This document shows, piece by piece, positions 56,077 through 64,000 of a stretch of 64,000 nucleotides of DNA (positions within the stretch are counted from its first letter, which is position 1; every line of letters starts with the position of its first letter). The translations under genes were made by a program, and so were the position numbers. Source of the DNA: Desulfurococcaceae archaeon (GTDB taxonomy: Archaea > Thermoproteota > Thermoprotei_A > Sulfolobales > Desulfurococcaceae); contig JAWAJB010000001.1 in the NCBI GenBank assembly GCA_038888155.1, positions 320,001 to 384,000 of the forward strand, written 5' to 3'. The notes below the pieces were generated by a model, which was not told the origin of the DNA, made no database searches, and worked only from the letters and a program-made list of their open reading frames with translations.

Positions 56077-57624
56077 CTACGTTGGAATGTCGACAACGTT
56101 GATCTCTCTACCGCTAGATTTCTTAGTGAAGTAATCAAGGCTCCTGTACTTAATTTTCGAGAGGACGTCTAAGTCTTTGGTGAACAGTAGCCTTATGTCA
56201 TCTACACCTAGGACTGTCATGGCTAACCTATCAACCCCTATACCCCACGCTGCAGCGTTATAGCCCTTAGCGCCCAGCATTTCCATGACTTCGGGCCTAA
56301 ACATGCCCCCAGGAAAAACCTCCATCCAACCTAGCTTAGGGTGCTTAATGTACCCCTCGACGCTAGGCTCTGTGAATGGGAAGTAGCCTGGCTTAAACCA
56401 GACATTTCTTATTCCCAGCGCTGCAGCGAATTCTTTGAAGAAGTACAGCAAGTGCTTGAAGTTAACGTTTTTGCCCACGATAATGCCGTCTAGTTGGTAA
56501 AATTCCATGCTGTGCTTTGCGTCAAGGTTCTCTGGCCTGAAGTTCCTATCTACGGTGAACGACCTGTACTCTCCGGGGCCCCTCAGATAAATAGTCCTAG
56601 CGGAGACTGCAGTAGTCTGACTCCTCAGGACAAGCCTCAAGGCTTGATCAGGGCTCCACCTGTAGTTCCAGCCAGCTTCGTGCACTTTTTTAATGCTCTC
56701 GATCAGCTGAGGCTTCGCGCGCGCTCTAAGCTCTGTTTTAATGAAAAATGTGTCGTGTACTTCTCTTGCCGGGTGATCCTGGGCTTGGAATAGCGCATCG
56801 AAGTTCCAGAGCTCGGCCTCTACGTGCGGTCCTTTAGCCTCCTCGAAGCCCATGCTGATCATTACTTCGCGCAGTTCATCGATAAACTGCATGAAGGGGT
56901 GCTTCCTTGAAATACTCGGCACAGGCAGCTCAACGGAGAGGTCGAACTCCTTTATTGTGTACTTATCGAGCTCTAGCGCATAATCCGGCTTGACTACAGT
57001 AACTAGCTGTTTTTCTCTAATAAGCCCTCTCTCAAGGCACTCAATTAGCTTACTAGTCGCCTCGAGCACGATTATAGTCCTCTCGCGCGGCTCAACGAGC
57101 TTCCTCTTCTTCAGAGTTGCTAGTAGGTCGTCCTCTACTTTCTCGCCGCTGGAGATCTTAGCTAAGCTCCTCTTAATTAAATCGGCGTGCTCTAGGACCT
57201 TAGAGCAACTCTCCTGACTGCTCAAAACTACAGCGCCCTTTGATACTTCAAGGCAGCGATCTCGCAAAAGGTACTGCAGCCCAACTCGTACCTCTTCAGG
57301 CGGGAGAGCAACGAGTTTGCCAATGCACGAAATGAATTCCTCTACGCTCCTGCCCTCGCAGTTGTGTAGGGCTCTATAAACAATCTCCTCGGGCAAGCCG
57401 TGCTCCAGATACAATCTGCCCAGCTCTGTGAGCACATAGTACTGTACTTTACTGCGATTAGCCTTGACTAGCCCTCTGGACTCGAGCTCAGAGATGTCCC
57501 TCATTAAGTCCTCTTGTTTAACTCCTAAGTTGCTCGAGATTTCACTGAGTGAAGCTGCTCTTCTCTCTAAAACTTGTTTGAGTATGCCGTGTTGACGCAA
57601 AGTTAAGTACACTGCCTCTTCCAC
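56077..57624 (-). CDS. pheS: Phenylalanine--tRNA ligase alpha subunit
   Basis: WNFDALFQAQDHPAREVHDTF, FRPENLDAKH, YFPFTEPS and WGIGVDRL; start probably GTG 57624. Confidence 0.96.
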   Translation of the reverse strand: MEEAVYLTLRQHGILKQVLERRAASLSEISSNLGVKQEDLMRDISELESRGLVKANRSKVQYYVLTELGRLYLEHGLPEEIVYRALHNCEGRSVEEFISCIGKLVALPPEEVRVGLQYLLRDRCLEVSKGAVVLSSQESCSKVLEHADLIKRSLAKISSGEKVEDDLLATLKKRKLVEPRERTIIVLEATSKLIECLERGLIREKQLVTVVKPDYALELDKYTIKEFDLSVELPVPSISRKHPFMQFIDELREVMISMGFEEAKGPHVEAELWNFDALFQAQDHPAREVHDTFFIKTELRARAKPQLIESIKKVHEAGWNYRWSPDQALRLVLRSQTTAVSARTIYLRGPGEYRSFTVDRNFRPENLDAKHSMEFYQLDGIIVGKNVNFKHLLYFFKEFAAALGIRNVWFKPGYFPFTEPSVEGYIKHPKLGWMEVFPGGMFRPEVMEMLGAKGYNAAAWGIGVDRLAMTVLGVDDIRLLFTKDLDVLSKIKYRSLDYFTKKSSGREINVVDIPT

Positions 57625-57668
57625 GGTGACACCTCTAAGTAATATTGATGCTTGCCCTAAATAACGTA

Positions 57669-58469
57669 TCACATTAACGATCTAAGTGAATAATAGCTTG
57701 AAACAATTGCCCTTGCGTACTCGCTCTTGGGGGAGCTCAGTATATCTCTCAGCGCTCCATCCTCTACTATTACTCCGTTCTTGATGAGAATAGCCCTATC
57801 TGCTAGGTACTGCGCCACGGCCAAGTCGTGTGTAACAGTAATCATTGTTATTCTTAGCCTCGAGTAAATGTCATTTAGCAAGTTGATTATCTGAGCCTGA
57901 ATAGAGACATCTAATGCCGATGTCGGCTCGTCCAGTATTAGTATTGAAGGCTGGTGGACTAGTGCCCGCGCAATGAGCACTCTCTGCCTCATTCCCCCGC
58001 TTAGCTCGTCTGACGTTAGCCCTAGGACAGTGCTGGGGAGCCGCACCAGCTTTAATATTTCATCTATTTCTTGCTCTATTTTCCTGTCGTTTTCGCCGAT
58101 AGCCTCGAGAGGCTCTTCGAGGATTTGACTAACGCTTAGCGCGGGGTTTAAAGCCCTGTAGGGGTCTTGCGGCACGTACCCTATTCTCCTCAGTATTGAT
58201 ACGCGCTTCCTCCAAGTTAAATTGTATATAGACACGCCGTTAATGAGCACTTCGCCCTGAACGGGGCTTAAGAGGCCGAGGATGACTTTGAGGAGCGTTG
58301 TCTTGCCTGAGCCGCTTTCACCTATTATTGCTACTCTCTCGCGCTCCGAGATCTGCAGGTTGATGTCCTTGAGCACTATCTGGGGGGTTCTCAGCAAAGA
58401 TTTAAAGCCCTTTATAACGCTGTATCCCGCATATATCTTTCGGAGCTCTATGGCGTGCTGTGCGCTCAT
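57669..58469 (-). CDS. Oligopeptide ABC transporter ATPase (OppF/DppF)
   Basis: GESGSGKTT, LSGGMRQR and DEPTSALD. Confidence 0.92.
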   Translation of the reverse strand: MSAQHAIELRKIYAGYSVIKGFKSLLRTPQIVLKDINLQISERERVAIIGESGSGKTTLLKVILGLLSPVQGEVLINGVSIYNLTWRKRVSILRRIGYVPQDPYRALNPALSVSQILEEPLEAIGENDRKIEQEIDEILKLVRLPSTVLGLTSDELSGGMRQRVLIARALVHQPSILILDEPTSALDVSIQAQIINLLNDIYSRLRITMITVTHDLAVAQYLADRAILIKNGVIVEDGALRDILSSPKSEYARAIVSSYYSLRSLM

Positions 58470-58479
58470 TTTAAGATCA

Positions 58480-59487
58480 CTATGAGCACGTGTTGTTTGT
58501 GCTAGGAGGCATAAAGGCTGGCTCCTTTAGCTTCCAGCACCTTAAGTAGTGAGACTTATCCGCGTTTACTAGCTTTAAGGGGGGCTCCTGCTTGCATGAT
58601 TCATCTCTATAGGGGCACCTCTCAGTGAAAACGCAACCTGGTTGCTCACCTATCAAGCTAGGGGGCTCGCCCGGTAGCGATTTAAGCACTTTATTTACGC
58701 CGAGAATGGGAGTGCTCTCGAGTAGCATCTTAGTGTAAGGGTGCCTAGGATTACTTATGATCTCCCTTGAAGTGCTCACTTCGACAATTTTCCCGCGGTA
58801 CATGACAGCAATAACGTCGCACATTGTTCCCGCCACTAGTATATCGTGGGTTACCATGAACACTGTTAGCTTAAACTCAACGCGGAGTTGGTTAATTAGA
58901 TTGATGATTTGTGCCTTTAGGCTAGCGTCTATAGAGGAGGTAGGCTCGTCCGCAACTAGTATGCGCGCGTTGTTAACTAAGGCAAGGGATATTAAAACTC
59001 TTTGTTGCATTCCACCGCTAAGTTCGTGGGGGTACATGTCTAGCACTCGGGCATCTAACCCCACTTTGCTAAGGTACATTGAGGCTATTTCCCTTACTCT
59101 CTTCTTGCTCGTGCCCGACTGGTTTTTAAGCAAGTAGTTGAAGTGCTCCTCAACTGTTATGAATGGATTTAAGCTTGTGCCCGGATTTTGAGGGACCAAG
59201 CTAACCACGCGGCCGCGTATATTGTTGTACCGGTGAAGAGGGCCATCTATAACCGGGCGATTGAAAATGTAGAGCTTTCCTTCAGTTATACTGTGCGGCG
59301 GCAAGGTGCCTGCAACGGCGCTAGCAAGCGTTGTTTTGCCCGAGCCGCTCTCTCCCACGAGGCAGAAAGCCAAGCCCTCGGGAACTGATATATCTATGTC
59401 CTTTACAGCCCAAACTATTTGCTCATCTTCGTATAAGTACCCAACCCTGAACTTCTCGGTGTGTATGGCTAGAACCAAAGTCTCCAC
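58480..59487 (-). CDS. Oligopeptide ABC transporter ATPase (OppD/DppD)
   Basis: GESGSGKT, YPHELSGGMQQR, PRHPYT and C-terminal Cys cluster. Confidence 0.92.
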   Translation of the reverse strand: METLVLAIHTEKFRVGYLYEDEQIVWAVKDIDISVPEGLAFCLVGESGSGKTTLASAVAGTLPPHSITEGKLYIFNRPVIDGPLHRYNNIRGRVVSLVPQNPGTSLNPFITVEEHFNYLLKNQSGTSKKRVREIASMYLSKVGLDARVLDMYPHELSGGMQQRVLISLALVNNARILVADEPTSSIDASLKAQIINLINQLRVEFKLTVFMVTHDILVAGTMCDVIAVMYRGKIVEVSTSREIISNPRHPYTKMLLESTPILGVNKVLKSLPGEPPSLIGEQPGCVFTERCPYRDESCKQEPPLKLVNADKSHYLRCWKLKEPAFMPPSTNNTCS

Positions 59488-60368
59488 CTCCTCCTTAGCC
59501 TGGGATCGAGCTCCTCCCTGAGGGGGTCAGCAATAAGGCTGAAGCCCAAGGTTGTGAGCAACAGGAAGAAGCCGGGGAAGATGCCCACCCACGGGGCCTT
59601 TACAAACAGCTCTATGCCTAAGTTAAAAATACCCTCGTATATCATTACCCCCCACTCTGGGGATCCTGGCGGCAGCCCTAAGCCCATGAAGTTTATAGCA
59701 GAGGCCTCTAGGAGAGCGCTTCCGAGATCGGATATAGCCTGAACGAACATGGGCTGAATAATGTTTCTAATTACATGGCGCGGAATAATCTTGAGTGAGC
59801 TCAAGCCAGACAGCTTTGCCAATATGACGTACTCCATGTCTACAATGCTCTTTGAGTACACATAGCTAATTCTCGCGTACCAAGCCCACCAAGTCAATAT
59901 GAGGGACATCATTACAACGTGTATTCCCTGACCAATAGTTAGCCTGAGAAATAGGGCTATAACTATTGATGGTATAGACATGAAGAGCTCTATGAGGTAG
60001 TTTAAAGAGACCTCTGTAAAGCCTTTGTAGTACGCTGCACACACGCCTACTACTACCCCGACAAGTAGACTTATAAGAACTACGCCGAGGGATTGGAGGA
60101 ATGCCGTCCTAGCGCCGATAAGTATCCTAGACAGCAGATCTCTACCTAAAACATCTGTGCCGAGCAAATACTCTAAGGAGGGAGGGAGGAGCCTTTTCTT
60201 CGATGCATCAGGTGGAATGTATCCGTAGCCCTCAAGGGGGTAAGGCGATATAAGGGGAGAAAATAACGCGAGCAAGACCATTGCTGATGTAATTATTAGC
60301 CCTATTTTAAACCTCGTCTTCTTGGCGCTTCTCCTAATGATCTTTAAGTAGCGTGTAAGCCTGTTCAT
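59469..60368 (-). CDS. Oligopeptide ABC permease (OppC/DppC)
   Basis: LGTDVLGRD, PEWG and LREELDPR. Confidence 0.92.
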   Translation of the reverse strand: MNRLTRYLKIIRRSAKKTRFKIGLIITSAMVLLALFSPLISPYPLEGYGYIPPDASKKRLLPPSLEYLLGTDVLGRDLLSRILIGARTAFLQSLGVVLISLLVGVVVGVCAAYYKGFTEVSLNYLIELFMSIPSIVIALFLRLTIGQGIHVVMMSLILTWWAWYARISYVYSKSIVDMEYVILAKLSGLSSLKIIPRHVIRNIIQPMFVQAISDLGSALLEASAINFMGLGLPPGSPEWGVMIYEGIFNLGIELFVKAPWVGIFPGFFLLLTTLGFSLIADPLREELDPRLRRRWRLWF

Positions 60369-60372
60369 TTCG

Positions 60373-61398
60373 CTACAGCCTTATCCTTGGATCAATTGTT
60401 GACTGCAAAAGGTCAACAGCGGTATTAACTACAATGTAAAATACCGCTAGATAGGCTATCAGCGCTAGAGCAACCCGGAAGTCGACTTTGTGTAGCGCAT
60501 CTATTAGCGTGCTGCCTAGCCCCTCCCTGCCGAAAATAGTCTCCACGACCATGGCATCAATTAGGCTGTAAATGAAGGACAGCCCGATCACTTGAACTAT
60601 TGGCGGGATTGTTGGCTTTACAACGAAGTGAACCATAATGGTAGATCTCCTCACCCCCCACGCAACTGCCGTTCTCACGTAATCCTCAAGTAATGCCTCA
60701 GCTACGAGCGTCCTAGTAACCCTTGCTAACATGCCAATTGGATAAACTGAGATAGCTAGCGCTGGAGGGGCTAGGCGAAGTAGGGAGTCAATAAAGACTA
60801 GGATGTTGCCCTGAAGCAAGGAGTCTAGCAAGTACAGACCCGTTATAGGTGTAAACCCCGTTTCAATGATGAGCTTTGTTGACACCCTACCATACGGTAG
60901 GCTGCCCGTCGTTGAAAGCGCGAGCAGTAGTATCGTCCCAAGCCAAAAAGTGGGCGTGCTAGTGAGGACTATGCTGAAAGATTGTATGAAGTTGTCTGGC
61001 AGACCTCCCCGCTTTAAAGCGGAGTACAGTCCAAGTAAAATACCGATGGGCACAGCTATTATGTATGAGAATAAGAGCAGTTCAAGCGTAGCTGTGAGCC
61101 CAGTTAGTATTACCTGGTTTACGGGGACTTTATATGCAATGCTCACCCCCAAGTTGCCCAGTAGCACATTATATGTGAAACTAGCTATTTGGACGTAGAG
61201 AGGTCTATCCAACCCAAGCTCTTGGCGGGCTATTTCAATAGCGCGGCTTGCGCCCGGACCGCGTGGATTGCCCGCCCACTTTACGGCAGGATCGCCCGGG
61301 GTAAGCATTAGGAGCAAATAAGATAAGACAGCAGCGCCAACTACAACCAGGACTGAGAGAACAGCTCTCTTAAAAATGTAGTTTAAGCTTATAGGCAC
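60373..61398 (-). CDS. Oligopeptide ABC permease (OppB/DppB)
   Basis: PGDPA, LGLDRPLYVQ, VETIF and DPRI. Confidence 0.92.
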   Translation of the reverse strand: MPISLNYIFKRAVLSVLVVVGAAVLSYLLLMLTPGDPAVKWAGNPRGPGASRAIEIARQELGLDRPLYVQIASFTYNVLLGNLGVSIAYKVPVNQVILTGLTATLELLLFSYIIAVPIGILLGLYSALKRGGLPDNFIQSFSIVLTSTPTFWLGTILLLALSTTGSLPYGRVSTKLIIETGFTPITGLYLLDSLLQGNILVFIDSLLRLAPPALAISVYPIGMLARVTRTLVAEALLEDYVRTAVAWGVRRSTIMVHFVVKPTIPPIVQVIGLSFIYSLIDAMVVETIFGREGLGSTLIDALHKVDFRVALALIAYLAVFYIVVNTAVDLLQSTIDPRIRL

Positions 61399-61399
61399 T

Positions 61400-63028
61400 C
61401 TAAGGCTTCACCTTGACGATCTCGAACCTTATAACGTACATGTACAGCGGGTTAAGTGCTTCTCTAGGTAAATCAACTCTGTCCGAGTACAAATAGGGTC
61501 GTATATCATCCCATAGACCAACGCCTACGGCCTGTTCGAACAGTATTCTCTGGGCGTTCTCGTATAATTCAAGCGCGTAAGTGTAATTTGCTCCCTCGCT
61601 CATCCACGCAGCTTCTATGAGCTCGTCGAACGCCCTGTTTTCGTAGCCAGCGAAATTCCACTCCTTTGAATCGCTGTGGAACATCGCGTACAGGATGTCG
61701 TATGCTGATGGAACGGTTGGCCACCAATCTGCCAGTATCAAGTGCGGTGTTTCATCGGGGTTCTCCCACACGCCTTTTGCGATGTCTTTAAGCCTTGCCC
61801 AGTCCTGCGGATTTAACACAACGTTTATGCCTAGCTCAAACATAGTTGATCTAAAGATCTCTGCAAACCTCTCCGTTTCTTCGTATCCAGCCTGATAGAC
61901 TAGCTCTACAGAGACAGGCAGGGAAACGCCTGCCTCTTTGAGGTTATCCCTAGCCTTGGACGTACTGTATTCGTACCTTAGGTTCTCAATGTGTCCTGGG
62001 AACCCGTATGGCAGGACGCCGCTTGCTACTCTTCCGTAACCTTGTAAGGCGTCTCGCACGATCCTCGGCAAATCCAGCGCATGCGCTATGGCTAAGCGGA
62101 AGTTGCTGATGTTAGTTGGATATCTCTTGGTATTGAAGAACAGTATAAAGTTGTGAAACGTTGTTACGTTTTGTACCTTAAAACCCCTATTCAAGAGCTC
62201 TTTGATGTTCTCTCTCGGAATGCTGCAGGCGATATCTATTTCGCCAGAGAGTAGACCGCTGTATTGGGCTACTGGTTCAATTATTATTTTTATTATTACA
62301 ATTTCGGGGGCATCGGGGTTGTTTACCTCTCTCCAACCCCACCATTCGCTGAACTTCTCCAGCCTTATCTCCCTGGTAGGATCGTAGTAGGAGAGCCTAT
62401 ACGGTCCTGTGCCAACGGCGTTGCCTGCATTAAACCACTCTACGAGGGCGCTATCGTAGTAGTCTGCGGCACCGCTTTTACTGAGAGCGCTCGGCGAGAA
62501 TATGTAAGCAGCATAAGAGGCAGAAGCCATGAGATCCAGCCTTTGGGGATAGCTTAGTTTGAACTTAACAGTATAGTCGTCAACTACTTCTATTTCCTCA
62601 ACTGCGTCCCAGATGTACCCAAGTCCCTTTCCGGCTGTTCTGTACATGTTAATGGCTCGCTCTATGCTAGCCTTTACAGCTGTTGCGTTGAAGGGGGTTC
62701 CATCGTGAAAGACTACGTTCCTCCTAAGGTGAAAAATCCATATTGTGCCATCCTCGTAGAATTCCCAGCTAGTGGCTAGCCTTGGCTTTACTTCCTGCGT
62801 TTCACTGTCATAGTACGTTAGGGTTTCGTAAATTGAGCCCAGAACAACGAGCCCCGTGTCGTCCTCGAGGCTTGGATCTATGCCCGTGATCCTATCATTG
62901 TAGGCGTAGACAACTACTCTGCGCGTAGGTGTAGTAGATGGCCTCTGGAGGAACACAGCTGATATCCCAATTATGATGACAGCAAGCAAGATTATGCCTA
63001 CAACTAGCTTCTTATCCTTCACCTTCAA
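61400..63028 (-). CDS. Oligopeptide ABC substrate-binding protein (family 5)
   Basis: N-terminal TM, IYETL, PRLATSWE, FHDGTPFNA and GTGPY. Confidence 0.92.
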   Translation of the reverse strand: MKVKDKKLVVGIILLAVIIIGISAVFLQRPSTTPTRRVVVYAYNDRITGIDPSLEDDTGLVVLGSIYETLTYYDSETQEVKPRLATSWEFYEDGTIWIFHLRRNVVFHDGTPFNATAVKASIERAINMYRTAGKGLGYIWDAVEEIEVVDDYTVKFKLSYPQRLDLMASASYAAYIFSPSALSKSGAADYYDSALVEWFNAGNAVGTGPYRLSYYDPTREIRLEKFSEWWGWREVNNPDAPEIVIIKIIIEPVAQYSGLLSGEIDIACSIPRENIKELLNRGFKVQNVTTFHNFILFFNTKRYPTNISNFRLAIAHALDLPRIVRDALQGYGRVASGVLPYGFPGHIENLRYEYSTSKARDNLKEAGVSLPVSVELVYQAGYEETERFAEIFRSTMFELGINVVLNPQDWARLKDIAKGVWENPDETPHLILADWWPTVPSAYDILYAMFHSDSKEWNFAGYENRAFDELIEAAWMSEGANYTYALELYENAQRILFEQAVGVGLWDDIRPYLYSDRVDLPREALNPLYMYVIRFEIVKVKP

Positions 63029-63316
63029 GTTTCACCATACTCGTGTGGGATTATGAAACTGAGCTTTAAAAACTTAAAATCAGCGGGTGTTCCAGCCAGT
63101 AAAAGCCGCTGATTTCCTCGCCCATTAGTGGAGTGGCCCTTGCTAGCTAGTTATCAGCTTTACTGAGCATAAAACACTGTCAATAGAGCGAAATTAGCGC
63201 GCATTGGCCCTTTTAACGAGGGGGTGTTTTAAGGGGCAATGCCTGGAGCTCTGCGGCAACAGGTTTTAATACTAGTTATCTTCATATATACATAGTCTTC
63301 GCCCAGAGTGCCGACA

Positions 63317-64000
63317 ATGAGCGAAATAGTAGACTGCATTAAAGACGCCCTGTCAGTTGCAGCAAGCAAGGTCTTGAATATCGAAATCGCAACTGTGTCT
63401 GACCTACTAGCTAGAGGCAGAGTAAAGATAGCAGCAACGCCAGACCCCAAGCTCGGGGATTACGGCATTGCTATACACCCAATACTAAAAGATGTTGACC
63501 AAGAGAAGTGGGGAGAAGTGGGGAGAGCTATTGCGCAGGAGCTCTACTCTCTTGCTCGCGATAAATGCAGAGTCGAGAGCGCTAGTTTCATCAACGGGTA
63601 CGTAAACGTAGCAATTGACTACTCTGGCGTTTTAAAGAAGCTAGCCGAGGAGTACTCTTCCAAGGACGTCTTTACGAGGCTTATTAGAGTTGGTAGCGGG
63701 GTAAAAGTGCTTGTCGAGCACACGAGCGCGAACCCTGTACACCCTCTACACATTGGCAGCGGGAGGAACTCCACCCTTGGAGATACCTACGCGAGGTTGC
63801 TCAGAAAGCTGGGGTTTAATGCAGAAACTAGGTTCTACGTAAATGACCTGGGGAGGCAGGTAGCAACTTTGGTCTACGGGGTAAGAATTGTTGAGTCCAA
63901 GGGCCTCAGCAGGCCAGAGGGTTTGAAGCCAGACCACTGGTATGGAGTGATCTACGCGTTGACGAACGTACTAGCAGAGCTAGATAGGCTTAGAGCTGAG
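63317..64000 (+). CDS. argS: Arginine--tRNA ligase (3' end outside window, not in ORF track)
   Basis: Manual translation gives TPDPKLGDYG, NGYVN, VEHTSANPVHPLHIGSGRN and FYVNDLGRQ. Confidence 0.94.
   Translation, partial: MSEIVDCIKDALSVAASKVLNIEIATVSDLLARGRVKIAATPDPKLGDYGIAIHPILKDVDQEKWGEVGRAIAQELYSLARDKCRVESASFINGYVNVAIDYSGVLKKLAEEYSSKDVFTRLIRVGSGVKVLVEHTSANPVHPLHIGSGRNSTLGDTYARLLRKLGFNAETRFYVNDLGRQVATLVYGVRIVESKGLSRPEGLKPDHWYGVIYALTNVLAELDRLRAE

Noticed and set aside
1-64000. CRISPR array, cas genes, IS elements, rRNA genes
   Set aside because: No regularly spaced repeats, transposase motifs or rRNA-like stretches were found; nearly all sequence is accounted for by the listed genes.

Overview
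This is a gene-dense chromosomal segment of a hyperthermophilic crenarchaeon. Cren7, CdvB/CdvC, the archaeal ribosomal proteins and an intron-containing tRNA point to the Desulfurococcales, most likely the Desulfurococcaceae. In order, it holds: pstSCAB with a divergent AbrB-PhoU regulator; a dNTP operon (intein-containing class III nrdD, nrdG, thyX, dcd); nep1; the rnp4-rps19e-...-ftsY-secE-spt5-rpl11/1/10/12 superoperon; alaS; tRNA-Arg(TCT) with an intron; a PolB2 locus (catalytically degenerate RadA-like gene, small helical protein, exonuclease-degenerate PolB2); a YHS/TRASH chaperone with copA; a complete Mrp-Mbh [NiFe]-hydrogenase operon with hypF; Moco genes; ogt; an HTH regulator; DUF447 with beta-RFAP synthase; pheT; a DUF4910 peptidase; a USP; pgk; cren7; cdvBC without an adjacent cdvA; ggt; a radical SAM/RsmB pair; pheS; an oligopeptide ABC transporter; and the start of argS. 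I saw no CRISPR array, transposase or integrase. The most notable observations are: (1) a putative damage-inducible PolB2 module whose radA-like and polB2 promoters share an ANTTTCGGC-containing motif; (2) two unannotated box C/D sRNAs with predictable targets; (3) a 400-aa intein in the NrdD active-site loop; (4) an ATAACA-NN-GTTATTG operator shared by an HTH gene and hypF; (5) a probable AUA start codon for rpl12; and (6) a 90-bp perfect repeat shared by rpl10 and rpl12. All family assignments come from motif recognition by eye, not from database searches.
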